Assembly: GCF_963921235.1 (NCBI RefSeq) | Contig: NC_086097.1 | Span: 66,342,001-66,406,000 of the forward strand | Direction: 5' to 3' | Length of the DNA stretch: 64,000 bases | Origin: Mobula hypostoma | Lineage: Eukaryota | Part shown: positions 11,497 through 24,989 of the stretch, in pieces | Position numbering within the stretch: position 1 is the first letter of the stretch | How the letters are laid out: each line of letters opens with the position of its first letter | Translations under genes and position numbers: made by a program | Notes under the pieces: generated by a model | Told to the model about the DNA's origin: nothing | Databases searched by the model: none | Seen by the model: only the letters and a program-made list of their open reading frames with translations

Positions 11497-13990
11497 GATT
11501 TTGCATTTGTATGCACACAGTATACTGAATAAGGTAGATGAACTTGCAGCGCAATTGTAGATTGGCAGGTATGATGTTGTAGGCATCGCTGTATCATAGG
11601 TGAGAAAAGATTATAGCTGAGAACTTAATGTTCAAGGATACACATTGTATCGAAAGGACAAGCAGGAAGGCAGAGGGGAGCAGCGTTGTTCTGTTGGTTA
11701 AAAAATGAAATTAAATCATTAGAAAGAGGCTACATAGGCTCGGAAGCTGTTGAATCGTTGCAGATAGAACTAGGGAACTGCAAAGGTAAAAAAATCCCTG
11801 ATGGGAGTTGTATACAGACTACCAAACAGTAGTAAGGATATGGTCTACAAATTACAACCAGGAGATAGAAAGTGCATGCCAAAAGGGCAATGTTACAATA
11901 GTCATGGGGGATTTCAATACGCAGGTAGATTGGGAAAATCAGGTTGGTGCTGTATTCCAGGAGAGGGAATTTCTAGAGTGCCTATGAGAGCAGCTTGTGG
12001 TTGAGCCCACTGGAAAATCAGGTATACTGGATTGGGTGCTATACAATGAACCAGAATTGATTAGAGGACTTAAGGTAAAAGAACCCTGAGGGGCAAGGGA
12101 TCATAATATGATCAAATTTACCCAGAAATTTGTGAAGGAGAAGCTAAAGTCAGATGTATCAGTATTACGGTGGAGTAAAGGGAATTACAGAGGCATGAGA
12201 GAGGAGTTGACCAGAATTGATTGGAAAGGAGCACTGGCAGGGATGATGGCAGAGTAGTAATGGCTGAAATGTCTAGAAGCAATCTGGAAGGCACAGGATA
12301 TATACATCCCAAAGAGGAATAAGTATTCTAATGGCAAGTTGACATAACTATGGCTAACAAGAGATGTCAAAGCCAACATAAAAGCTAAAGAGAGGGCATA
12401 TAATAGAGCAAAAATTAGTAGGAAGTTAGGGAATTGAGAAGATCAATAAAAACATTATTGAGCAGGTAAAGATAGAATACGAAAGTAAGCTAGCCAGTAG
12501 TATTAGAGAGGATACCAAAAGTTTTTTCAGATACATAAAGTGTAAAAGAAAGGTGAGAGTGTATATTAGACCAGTGGAAAGCAATGCTGGAGAGGTGGTA
12601 ATGGGGGACAAGGAAATGATGCATGAACTAAGTATTTTACATCAATCTTCCCCATGGAAGACACTAGTAATATGGTGGAAGTTTCGGGCGTTAGCGGTAA
12701 TGGAGTTTACAAAGTTACCATTACTAGAGAGAAGGTTCTTGGGACTCTGAAAGGTCTGAGGATAGATAAGTCACCTGGACCAGATGGTGTACTCCCCAGA
12801 GTTCTGAAAGAGGAGGCCAAAGAGATTATGGAGGCATTAGTAATGATCTTTCAAGAATCCCTAGATTCTGAAATGGTTCTGGAAGACTGGAAAATTGCAA
12901 ATGTCACTCCACTCTTCATGAAGGGTGAGAGGCAAAAGAAAGGAAACTATAGTCCAGTTAGTCTGACCTCAGTGGGTTGGGAAGATGTTGGAGTCAATTA
13001 TTAAGGATGAGGTCTCAGGGTACTTGGAGGCACATGATAAAATAGGCCATAGTCAGCATGGTTTCCACAAGGGAAAATCTTGCTTGACAAATCTGTTGGA
13101 ATTCTTTGAAGAAATAACAAGCAGGATAAACAAAGGAGAATCAGTTGATTTTATATTCTTGGATTTTCAGAAGGCCTTTGACAATGTGCAACACACGAGG
13201 CTGCTTAACAAACTATGAACCCATGGTATTACAGGAAAGATTCTAGCATGCACAAAGTAATGGCTGATTGGCGGGAGACAAAGAGTGGGAATAAAGGGAG
13301 CCTCTTCTGGTTGGCTGCTGGTGCCTAGTGGTGTTCCACAGAAGTTTGTGTGGGACCAATTCTTTTTCTGTTATATGTCAATGATTTGGATGATGGAATT
13401 GATGGCCTTGTTGCAAAGATTGCAGACAATATGAATACAGGTGGAAGGGTAGTCTGATGCAGTAGAGAGGCTATGGAAGAACTTAGACAGATTAGGAGAA
13501 GGGGCAAAGAATTTTCAGATGGAATACAGTGTTGAGAAGTGTATGGTCATTCATTTTGGTAGAAGAAATGAAGGAATTAAATATTTTCAAATGGAGAGAA
13601 AATACAAAAAGCTGAGGCACAAAGGGACTTGGGAGTCCTTGTGCAGGATTATCTAAAGGTTAACTTACAGGTTGAGTCAGTGGTGAAAAAGGTCAATGCG
13701 TTGTTAGCATTCATTTCAAGAGGACTAGAACATAAAAGCAAGGATGTAATGTTAAGATTTTATAAAGGACTAGTGAGGCCTCACTTGAGGTGTGAGCAGA
13801 TTTGGGCCCCATATCTTAGAAAAGATGAGCTGAAACTAGAGAGGGTTCAATGGAGGGTCATGAAAATGACTCCAGTATTGAACAGCTTGTCATATCAGAA
13901 ATGTTTGATTGCTCTGGGCTTGTATTCACTAGAATTCAGAAGAATGAGGGATGACCTAATTGAAATCAATCGAATGGTGAAAGGTTTGCT
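11497..13990 (+). mobile_element. CR1-type LINE ORF2 remnant (APE endonuclease plus RT), 3' end missing
   Basis: [48 protein letters not shown] motifs. Confidence 0.92.
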
Positions 13991-15733
13991 CAACCTGAGC
14001 AAATCTAAGTGTAATGAGTAGATTAATTGTATAATTTTATACTTATCTGAATATTTATTTGACAGAATAAATTAATATGGAATAAGTTAATGTATATACA
14101 GTAAATAGTTAATGGTTTACTTTGCTTTGTTCCTCGACTGTAAACTCCACAGAAATATCTATCCTTGTTTGAGCCAGATCTCTGGATTTACTGGTTTATC
14201 ATAATCCCGTTTAGCAATTTGAGATAGCAATACCTCATCCTTAATGTATACAGTTATCTGGTACTGAAAATGTTTGTATGAAAGAGGTTTTCCAAGGCAA
14301 AACATTTTAAGCAATACCCCCTCTGTAACAAAACAAATAATTTTGGAAGTTCTTAATTGGTTTGCCAATGTCAATGGAGAGGAAACATGTTAATATTTGA
14401 TTATCTTTCAACTGCCAGAACAATGATATCCCATACCACGTGGAGTGACTCTAAGTCTTAACTTAAATGAGATACAGTATAATAAAATCATCTTACCTCA
14501 GATTATCTGCTAGATATTATCTTAAGGCATTGCTATAAACTGGGAGAAGGAAACCTACATCATTGAGCAGTAAACAGTCTGAAAGATCTTTCATTGTCTG
14601 CCTCATGTATTCAAATGTCTCTATTGGCTTTTGGGCTCTTGACTGGGTGACTTGGGTCTCAATAAACTTGAAACACCTAGCATATCTGTGGTAAGGGAAA
14701 CCATCAACATTTCAGGTCCAAAACCATTCACCAGAACTAGGTAAGAGAAAAAAAGATAGTTTTTGATAGGATGGGAGATGACAAAGTGATTTGCAGATCA
14801 AAGGAAATAAGTCTGATGAGATGGACCACATGTATTAGTGGAGGCGTTTAGGACATTATGCTTCTTTGTGTGTATGATGAGTTATATAAAGGGTACCTCT
14901 TCTGGGGGAGGTATGAACTGTTCAAAAGAGATGGGTTGCACCTGAACCCGAGGGGGACCAATATTCTCGTGGAAAGGTTTGTTAAAGCTGTTGGGGAGGG
15001 TTTAAATTAACTTGGCAGGGGGGTGGGAACCGGAGTGAAGGGACTCAGGAAAGGACGGATGGTAAAAAAAAGTAAAGATAACGCGCAGTCAGATTGTCAG
15101 GAAGGGCAGACTTAATTGTAGCCAACAGGTTGAGTATCAAATTATTAGGGATGCAGAGTCAGAAAGGACAGCAAATACGCTACGCAAGGTGTTGTATCTA
15201 AATGCATGTAGTATAAGAAATAAGGTGGATGATCTTCTTGCAGTATTACAGATTGCCAGGTATGATGTTGTGGCCATCACTGAGTTGTGGCCGAGGGATG
15301 GTTGTAGTTGGGAACTGATTGTCTAAGGTTATACGTTATATCAGAGGGATAGGAAGGTAGGCAGAGGGGGTGGTAAAGAATGGCATCAAATCAGTAGAAA
15401 GATGTGACATAACATTGAAAGGTGTTGAATCTTGGTGGGTTGACTTAAGAAACTGCAAGGGTAAAAGAAGGTTAATGGCAGTTTTATACAGGCCTCCCAA
15501 CAGTGGCTGGAAGGTGGACCACAGGTTGCAACAGGAAATGGTAAAGGCGAGTCAAAAGGGCAATGTTACGGTAGTCATGGGAGATTTTAACATGTAGGTT
15601 GATTGTGAAAATCAGGTTAGTTATGGATCTCAAGGGAGTGAGTTTGTTGAATACCTAAGAGATAGGTTTTTAGAGCAGTTTGTTGTTGAGTCTACTCGGG
15701 GATCAGCTAAACTGAATTGGGTGTAATGTAATG

Positions 15734-16946
15734 CAGCGGTCCCCAACCACCGGGCTGTGGACCGGTACTGGGCCGCAAAGCATGTGCTACTGGGCCGCAA
15801 GGAAACGATATGATTTGGCGATATGAGTCAGCTGCACCTTTCCTCATTCCCTGTCACGCCCACTGTTGAGCTTGAACACACGCAAGGTCATTAACAGCGC
15901 ATCATCCGCGTCAGCGCAGGAAGGAGTGCAATTCCTCGAGCTTGCAAATGACGACGGGCTGAAAAATATGTTTGACATAACATCTCTGCCGGCATTCTGG
16001 ATCAAAGTCAAGGCTAAATATCCTGAGATAGCCACGAAAGCACTGAAAACGTTGCTTCCATTTCCAACATATCTCTGCAATGAATGCAACGAAAACTAAA
16101 TTGTGGAATAGACTGGACATAAGGAACCCCCTTCGAGTATCGCTGTCTCCCATCACCCCTCGATAGGACCATGTTGTTGCAGGAAAACAAGTATTCAGCC
16201 CCGGACTCCCACTGATTCAGCGATATTGGTGTGTTGCAATGATTTTATATGTTCATACGGGGAAAATATGTGCTGTGTGTTTAATATCCAAACGTTACTT
16301 AAAATGTTATGATGCTATTGACTTATATAACCATATAACAATTACAGCACGGAAACAGGCCATCTCTGCCCTTCTAGTCCGTGCCGAATGCTACTCTCAC
16401 CTAATCCCACCGACCTGCACTCAGCCCATAACCCTCCATTCCTTTCCTGTCCATATACCTATCCAATTTTTCTTTAAATGAAAATATCGAATCTGCCTCT
16501 ACCACTTTTACAGGAAGTTCGTTCAACACTTACTTCAAGCTCCCCTGTCCTCCCCTGATAATTGACTTATCACTATATTTATGTGAGAAAAATATGGGCT
16601 GTGTGTTTAATATTAAATTCGTTAGATAAACTCTTTTAGAAACGAAATTGAGTGTATTAGCCACTTATCACCTATATTCCGGTCGTGATTAACACCCCGC
16701 CCCCGAACAGAATTGCTAAAAACGATTTGCAGGGAAAAAAATGGGCATGTACATGCATGTGCACTGGTGCCTGCGCAAGGCTTCATGGTCATTGTAGTCT
16801 TTCTTGGGGTAAACCCAACGTATTTGACTGCTACTCTTGTCTGTTGGCAACCCTACCCACGCCCCCCCCCCCCCCGGTCGGCTGGTCCGCAAGAATATTG
16901 TCAATATTGAACCGGTCCACAATGCAAAAAAGGTTGGGGACCCCTG
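15734..16946 (+). mobile_element. hAT (Buster/Charlie-type) non-autonomous DNA transposon
   Basis: TIRs CAGCGGTCCCCAACC and GGTTGGGGACCCCTG; 8-bp TSD atgtaatg (15726..15733, 16947..16954); transposase C-terminal fragment FWIKVKAKYPEIATKALKTLLPFPTYLC. Confidence 0.93.
16327..16528 (-). mobile_element. CR1 3' tail fragment inside the hAT element
   Basis: tataaccatataacaattacagcacggaaacaggcc...gcctctaccac has the layout of a reversed CR1 3' end (compare 31075..31260). Confidence 0.7.
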
Positions 16947-19334
16947 ATGTAATGAACCGGAGGCGATTAGGGAGATTAAAGTAAAAGAACCCTTAGGAAC
17001 CAGTGATCACAATATGATTGTGTTCAACTTGAAATTTGGTAGGGAGAAAGTAAAGTCTGATGTAGCAGTATTTCAGTGGAGTAAGGGAAATTACAGTGGT
17101 ATGAGAGAGGAGTTAGCCAAAGTAAATTGGAAGAAGCTGCTGGCCAGGATGTCAGCAGAGCAGCAATGGCGTGCATGTCTAGGAAAATTGAGGAAGGTGC
17201 AGGACATTTCTATTTCAAAAATGAAGAAATACTCAAATGGTAAAATAGTACAACCGTGGTGAATAAGGAAGTCAAAGCTATTGTAAAAACATCAAAGCAA
17301 AAATAGATAGAGGATAGAGGATTGGGAAGTTTTAAAAAACCTACAGAGAGCAACTAAAAAAATTACAGATGGAAGAACATAAAATATGAAAGCAAGCAGC
17401 AAATAATATCAAAGTGGATAGTAAAAGCTTTTTCAAGTATGTTAAAAATAAAAAAAAAGAAATGAGGGTGGATATAGGACTGCTAGAAAATGAAGCAGTA
17501 GAAATAATAATGGGGGACAAGGAGATGATTGATGAACTAAATAAATATTTTGCATCATTCTTCACTGTGGAGGACACTAGCAGTATGCCTGATGTTGTAG
17601 TGTGCGAAGGAAGAGAAGTGGGTACATTTACTTTACTGTTTACCTACTTACTGTTACAAGAGAGAAGGTGCTCAAAAAGCTGAAAGACCTAAAGGTACAT
17701 GTCATCCGGACCAGAGGAACTGCACCCTAGGGTTCTCTAAGAGGTAGTGTTATAGATTGTGGTGGCATTAGAAATGATCTTTCAAAAATCATTGGACTCT
17801 GGCATGGTGCCAGAGGACTGGAAAATTGCAGATGTTACTCCAGCAGGAGGAAGACAGCAGAGGGAAAATTATAGACCAGTTAGCCTGACCTCAGTGGTTA
17901 GGAAGATGTTGGAGTCGATTGTTAAGGATGAGGCAATGGAATACTTGGTGACACAGGACAAGATAGTACAAAGTCAGCATGGATTTTCAGGGAAAATCCT
18001 GCCTGACAAACCTTTTGGAGTATTTTGAGGAGATTACAAGCAGGATAGATAAAGGGGATGTAGTGGATGTTGTATATTTGGACTTTCAGAAGGTCTTTGA
18101 TAAGGTGCCACACATGAGGCTGCTTACCAAGTTAAGAGCCCGTGGTATTACAGGAAAGTTACTAACATGGTTAGAGCAATGGCTGATTGGTTGGAGGCAG
18201 TGAGTGGGAATAAAAGGATCCTTGTCTGGTTGGTTACCAGTGACTAGTGATGTTCCTCCAGGGTCGGTGCTGGGACCACTTCTTTTTATGCTGTATATCA
18301 GTGATTTAGATGATGGAATAAGATGGCTTTGTTGCCAAGTTTGTAGATGATACGAAGATTGGTGGAAGGGCAGGTAGTGTTGAGGAAACAGGTGGGATGC
18401 CGAAGGTCTTGGACAGATTAGGAGAACGGGCAAAAAAGTGGCAAATGAAATACAATGTTGGAAAGTGCATGGTCATGCCCTTTGGTAGTAGAAATAAAAG
18501 TGCGGACTATTTTCTAAACAGGGAGAAAATCCAGGAATCTGAGATGCAGAGGGACTTGGGAGTCCTTGTGCAGAAGGTTAACTTGCAGGTTTTGTCGGTG
18601 GAGAGGAAGGCAAATGCCATGTTAACATTCATTTCAAGAGGTCTAGAATACAAGAGTAAGGATGTGATGCCTCACCTTGAGTATTGTGAACAGTTTTGGG
18701 CCCCTTATCTTAGAAAAGATGTGCTGGCATTGGGGAGGGTCCAGAGGTGGTTCACAAGGATGATTCCAGGAATGAAAGGATTATCATACGAAGAACGTTT
18801 GATGACTCTGGGTCTGTGCTGGCTGGAATTCAGAAGGATGAACAGGGATCTCATTGAAACCTTTCAAATGTTGAAAGGCCTGGACAGAGTAGATGTGGAA
18901 AGGATGTTTTCTTTGGTGGGAGAGTCTAAGACAAGAGGGCATTGCCTCAGGATAGAGGGGTGCCCTTTCAAAACAGAGATGTGGAGGAATTTCTTTAGCC
19001 AAACGGTGGTGAATTTGTGGAATTTGTTGCGACATGCATCTGCGGAGGCCAGGTTGTTGGGTGTATTTAAGGCAGAGATTGATAGGTTCTTGGTTGGACA
19101 TGACATCAAAGGTTACAGGAAGAAGGCTGGGAGCTGGGGTTGAGGAGGAGATAGAAATAAAAATTCAGCCATGATTGAATGGCAGAGCAGACTCGATGGT
19201 CCAGGTGGCCCAATTCTGCTCCTATGTCTTATGCTTTATGGTCTTACATGGCCAACAGACCATACAAATTGAATAGACTAAGAAAAACTGAGCAAAGTGG
19301 TAGCCAGTTTTGAAACAGACAAAGAAAAAGAGAA

Positions 19335-19710
19335 CAACTTGCAGTTAGGGAATTCAATATTTAATCCAGAAGGCTGTAATGTGTCCAGATGGTAGATAAG
19401 CGTTGTTCTTTAAGCTTGCATTGGGCCTGATTCTAACAGTATATGTGTGTCTGTGGGGTGTGGGATGGGGTGGTAGGGGTGCACAGAGAGAAAGTACAGA
19501 GTGGGAGCAGGATAGTGAATTAAATTGGCAGCAACGAAAGCTCGGGGTCATTCCTGTGGACTAAATGTGGTGATCCATAAAGCAATTGCCCAATCTGTGT
19601 TTGTTTACTCCAGTGCAGAGGAGCCCGCTCCTCTCCAAAAACAGTATACTAGGTTGGAAGAAATGCTAGTGAATTTCTGTTTTACCTATAAGGACTATTT
19701 GGACCTTTGA
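19335..19710 (-). mobile_element. Penelope-like element, decayed GIY-YIG endonuclease C-terminus
   Basis: Minus-strand translation fragments VKQKFTSISSNLVYCF, GLLCTGVNKHRLGNCFMDH and AQCKLKEQRLIYHLDTLQPSGLNIEFPN. Confidence 0.7.
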
Positions 19711-20265
19711 TGGAGCGAAGGAAAGAGATGGACGGACAATAAGCTCTTATCTCTTTCCAAAAATGCAACAATGCTTTTTCTGCCGATCTTTAACTAACAA
19801 TCTGACTTTGCACAAACATTGAACACTCTCAACAGCCATATCTAACAGGATATTTTTATTTGTGCACTGTTTACATCATATGAAGTCCTGTAATCTTGCC
19901 TGTCTTCATGCTGCATACATTGGGAGTTGCAGCAGGAACATCCATACCACCACCTAGCACGTCATTTTGAACGTTAAACTTGCTTTCATTATTCACAGCT
20001 TAAGCTTGTGAAAAAGTGTTCGGACAAGAATAGGTTTTGATCCTCGATGAGATGTAATTTTAGTGAAACATTTTGAATCAGACAGATACTTTAGATTGCA
20101 TGAGCTGTTGCCTCATTAGTGGGTAAGTCAACAATGTTATGATAGCATCAGTAGCAACATTCAGACCTAATATTTTATAAAATTGATTTATGTTCTGAAT
20201 TTAACATATGGACTCTGGCTGTGAGGATATAAGCTTATTGAGTAATCTTTATACCAAATCTACAG

Positions 20266-20358
20266 GATCAAGAGAATCCTTGTGACTTCCATATGAATCA
20301 GGATGATGATTATGACATTGAAGAAGAACAGGAATATTTGGAAGATAAAGCTGCTCTG
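20266..20358 (+). CDS. TTC6: TTC6-like exon C (phase 0 to 0), acidic segment
   Basis: ctacag|GAT...CTG|gtatga; 93 nt; DQENPCDFHMNQDDDYDIEEEQEYLEDKAAL; polypyrimidine tract is weak. Confidence 0.65.
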
Positions 20359-20877
20359 GTATGAATAGCTCCTTTTATGATTCTGATATGACCAATCAGA
20401 TTTTTGTTTTGTGAGCTAAAAGTCAATTCTTTTTGGATGCTTGCATCCAGAAACAACCTGCTGCCAAGTGCAAAAGTTGGAAAAATGGAATGGAGATTGA
20501 CTCTGCTGGGTGACTGGGACTATTCCATGATTTCAGGCCCTGCCTTGAAGCCTGTTCACAATCGGTCCTGATCCTTCAACAGTGACTATGCCTTTGTCGG
20601 ATGTAATTAATGTCACAACACAAGAAAGAGAGTTGTTAAAGGTCAGCTGGTCAGAATTCAGGTCAGATATGTTCCAGTGAAGGGGTAGAAAAGGCTCTGA
20701 TGACAAGGAAGGAATTAAACAGAGTACCTGGAAGGCCAAAAAGTGCCATAACATGCCCTTGACAAATTAGATCAAAGAAAATCCCAGTGTGTTTTATGGA
20801 TCTTTAAAAACTTATCCATAGCTAGGGAAAGGGTAGAAACAATCAAAGACAAAAGGTGGTCATTTATGCTTAGACCT

Positions 20878-23800
20878 TAAGACCATAAGACATACAAGAA
20901 GAATTAGGCCATTCAGTTTATCAAGTCTGCTCCGCTATTCCTTCGTGGTTAATCCCAAATCCCACTCAACCCCGTACACCTGTCTTCCCACCATGTCCTT
21001 TGATGCCTTGACCAATCAGGAAACGATCAACTTTCACCTTAAATATACGCACGGTCTGGACCTCTGCTGTAGTCTGTAGCAGAGCATTCCACAGATTCAC
21101 CACTCACTGGCTAAAAAAGTTTCTCCTTACCCCTGTTCCAAAAGGTCGCCCCTCAATCTTGTGCCTTCTGGTTCTGGATAGCCCCATCATAGGAAACATC
21201 CTCTCCTCACCCACCCTATATAGTCCTTTCAACATTTGATAGGTTTCAATGAGATTCCCATGCAATCTTCTAAATTCCAGTGAGTACAGGTCCAAAGCTG
21301 CCAAATGCTTCTCATATGTTAACCCCTTCATTCCCGGAATCATCCTCATGAACTTCCTCTGGACTCTGTCCAATGACAACAGATTCTTTCTGAGATATGG
21401 GGCTCAAAACTGTTGACAATACACCAAGTGTGGCCTGACTTGTGTCTTATACAGGCTCAGCATTATCTCCTTGTTTTTATATTCTATTCCCCTTGAAATA
21501 AATGCCAACATTGCATTTGCCTTCTTTACCATAGCCTCAACCTGTAAATTTATCTTCTGGGTGCTTACACGAGGACTCCTAAGTCCCTTTGCACCTTTGA
21601 TGCTTGAACCTTCTCCCCATTTAGATAACAATCCACACTATTGTTCCTTTTACCAAAATGCATTATACATTTCCCATTACTGTATTCCATCTGCTACTTT
21701 TTTGCCCTTTCTTCCAATTTCTAAGTCCTACTGCAATCCCATTGCTTCTTCAACACTACCAGTCCCTCCACGTATCTTTGTATCTGCAGATTCTGCCAGA
21801 AAGCGATCAATTCCATTATTCAGATCATTGACATTATCCAAAGCAATGTGAAAAGTAGCGGTCCCAATACTGATCCCTGAGGAACGCCACTAATCACTGG
21901 CAACCAACCAGAAAAGGCCCCCCTTAATCCCACTTCTTGCCTCCTGCCTGTCAGCCATTCCTCTATCTATTGCAATATCTTTCCTGTAATGCCATAGGAT
22001 TTTAGATTGTTAAGCAACCTCATAGGTAACACCTTATCAAAATGCCTTCTGAAAATGTAAGTAAATGACGTCCACTCCCTCTCTTTTGTCCATTCTGCTT
22101 GTTACTTGCTTGAAGAACTCAGATTTGTCAGGCAATGATTCCCTTTACAGAAACCATGCTGATTTTGACTTATCAGTCTCCAAGTACCCCGAAACTTCAT
22201 CCTTAATAATAGACTGCAACACTTTCCCAGCCACTGAGGTTAAGCTAACTGGCCTATAATTTCTTTTCTTTTGCCTTCCTCCCTTCTTAAACAGTGGAGT
22301 GACATTTGCAATTTTCCAGTCCTCCAGGACCTTGCCAGGATCAAGTGATTCTTGTAAGATAATGACCAATGCATCCGTTATCTCTTCAGCAACCTCTCCC
22401 AGGACTCTGGGATGTAATCCATCTGGTTCAGGTGACTTATCCACCTTAAGATCTTTGAGTTTGCCTAGCACTTTTTCCTTTCTAGTAGCAATAACCTCCC
22501 TTCTGCTTCCTGACACTCATGGACCTCTGGCACACTGCTAGTGTCCTCCACAGAGAAGACAGATGCAAAATACCCATTAAGTTCATCTACCATTTCTTTG
22601 TCCCCCATTACTACCTCACCAGCATCATTTTCCAGTGGTTTCACCTCCCTTTTACTCTTTATATAACTGAAATTACTTTTAGTATCCTGCTTTACATTAT
22701 TGGCTAGTTTGCCCTCATATTTCATCTCTTCCCTTCTTATAGCCTTTTTAGTTGCCTTTTGTTGGATTTTAAAAGTTTCCCAATCATCCAACTTCCCACT
22801 CATTTTTGCTACCTTATATGTCCTTTCCTTGTCTCTTATGCATTCCTTAACTTCCCTTGTCAGCTCCTTGCCATTTGAGAACTTCTTCTGTGGGACATAT
22901 CTATCCTGTGTCATGTGAACTATTCCCAGAACCTTCAGCCATCTCTGCTCTGCCATCATCCCCGCTGGTATCCTCCTCCAATCCCTCTGGGCAAGGTCCT
23001 CTCTCATGCTCTGTAATTCCCTTTATTCCGATGTGATACTGATGCATGTGACCTGTGCTTCTCCCCCTCAAATGACAGGATGAATTCAATCATATTATGA
23101 TCACTGCCTCCTAAGAATTCCTTTACATTAAGCTCCCTAATAAGATCTGGGTTATTACACAGTACCCAATCTAAGATAGCCTTTTCCCAGGTAGGCACGA
23201 GTTTGTCCACCTTATTCCGAACGCTACCGCATTTAAATACAGCACCTTCAGTCCAGCATTCTTCACCCTATTCAATTTTGCCTCTGTGGTACAATTTACC
23301 TCTTTGCTCTGTCTGCATGTATACCCAATCATTGGCTTGTCTTTCCTTATATTCATGTTACATCCATCATTTACTTGTAAACCTGCTGACTCATCCTCAG
23401 CTCTATCATACTGGTTCCCATCCCCCTGCATTATTAGGTTAAACCACTCCCAACAACTCTAGTAAACATGCCCACAAGAATATTCATCCCCCACAGATTC
23501 AAGTGTAACCCATCCCTTTTGTACTGGTCCCACCTGCCCCAGAAGAGGTCCCAATTATCCAGAAATCTGAATCCCTTCCCCCTGATCCAATTCTTCAGCC
23601 ACACATTTATCTGCCATCTCATTCTACTCCTATCCTCACTGTTGTTTGACACAGACAGCATTCCCGAGATTATTATCATTGAGGTCCTGCTTCTCAGCTT
23701 CTTTCATTACTCCCTGTATTCTTTTTTCAGAACCTCCTTCCTTTTTCTACCTATGTTGTTGGTACCAATATTTACCACGACTTCTGGCTGCTCACCCTCC

Positions 23801-24305
23801 CTTTTCAGGATATTGTGGATGTGTTCAGAAACATCGCGGACCCTGACATCTGGGAGGCAAACTACTAACCGTGTTTCCTTTTTTGTGTCCACAGAATTGC
23901 GTATCTGACCACCTGACTATAGAGTCGCCTATCACTGCTGCCATCCTCTTCAGTTCCCTGCCCTTCTGAGCTTCTGTTGTTGCTTCCCCCAGGAAGGTCC
24001 CCCCCCCCCAACAGTGCTCAAAATGGAGTAATTCTTGAGAGGCATGGCCACAAGGGTGTTCTCCACTTTCTGACGATCTTCTTTCCCTCTCCTGACAGTC
24101 ACCCATTTATCTGTCTCCTGTTGCCTTGGGGTGACTACCTCCCTGACGCTCCAGTCTATCACTACTTCATTTCCCGTAACAAGCTGAAGGTCATCGAGCT
24201 GTAGCTCCAGTTCCCAAACACAATTTCTAAGGAGCTGCATCTCGATGCACCCGGTGCAGGTATGGCCATCAGGGAGGATGGAAGTCTCCTGGAAATCCCA
24301 CATCT
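20878..24305 (-). mobile_element. Near full-length CR1-type LINE, with ORF1 (Cys motif plus SGNH esterase-like domain) and ORF2; internal deletion near 23200
   Basis: ORF1: HTCTGC, IGDSIVR, IGTNNI, RDGLHLN; ORF2: KSPEPDG, YRPVSLTS, VRPHL; taagaccataagac tail; NKVDKL runs directly into VPTWEKAILD. Confidence 0.92.
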
Positions 24306-24989
24306 GTGTGGATATTCAATAATCACATTGGACCAGAAACACACAGTAGTTTAAAAATAAAAGTACTGTACATGTCTTTCTGCTTAGAAAATATTCATTA
24401 GAATTATAAAACATAAATGCCTCCAATTTTAGCTGTATCAATCCCTCTTTCCACAGATTCTCTAAATTTTTATATTCTATTTCTAAGCTACATGAAACAA
24501 TGCTATAATGTCAAATTTTACTGAACACTAACAGTTCTATTTTGCTACTTCTTCTCCCCCATTGGGTTCAATTTATCACACTCCTCCAACGTATCACATG
24601 TGAGAGCAGAAATTTTCTCCAAATATACATCAGAAAGATTAAAGTGACAGCATCATCCTTTGACTACTGTTTTCATCTGTAGTGTCAATTTGAACTTGAA
24701 CTGGACCACTCACAACCTTGGTAATCCGTTTGACCCACCACGTGCTGCAGGTTTTTGAGACCTAATTGTTTCATCCAATTCTTGATTCCAGATTAACATT
24801 TAATCTTATGTGAACCGTTGTCTTTGGTACCAGCACCTTACATTGCCCTACCATAAGCTCTGAAGTCATCTCCCGACATTTAAAGTGCTGCTAAAATCAA
24901 CTGGTAGATCCTTTTAAGATTCAGGCAAAAAGAAATACCAAATTTTCTTTATTAAACACTTGAATATGTTTTGCCACATTTTAGATCCT

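Larger units (their letters stand above)
14895..19247 (+). mobile_element. CR1-type LINE (ORF1 end, ORF2, 3' tail), interrupted by a hAT element
   Basis: RDGLHLN, LYRPPNS, MGDFN, YRPVSLTS, LDFQKVFDKV, RNFFSQ motifs; tail tcttatgctttatggtctta. Confidence 0.93.
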
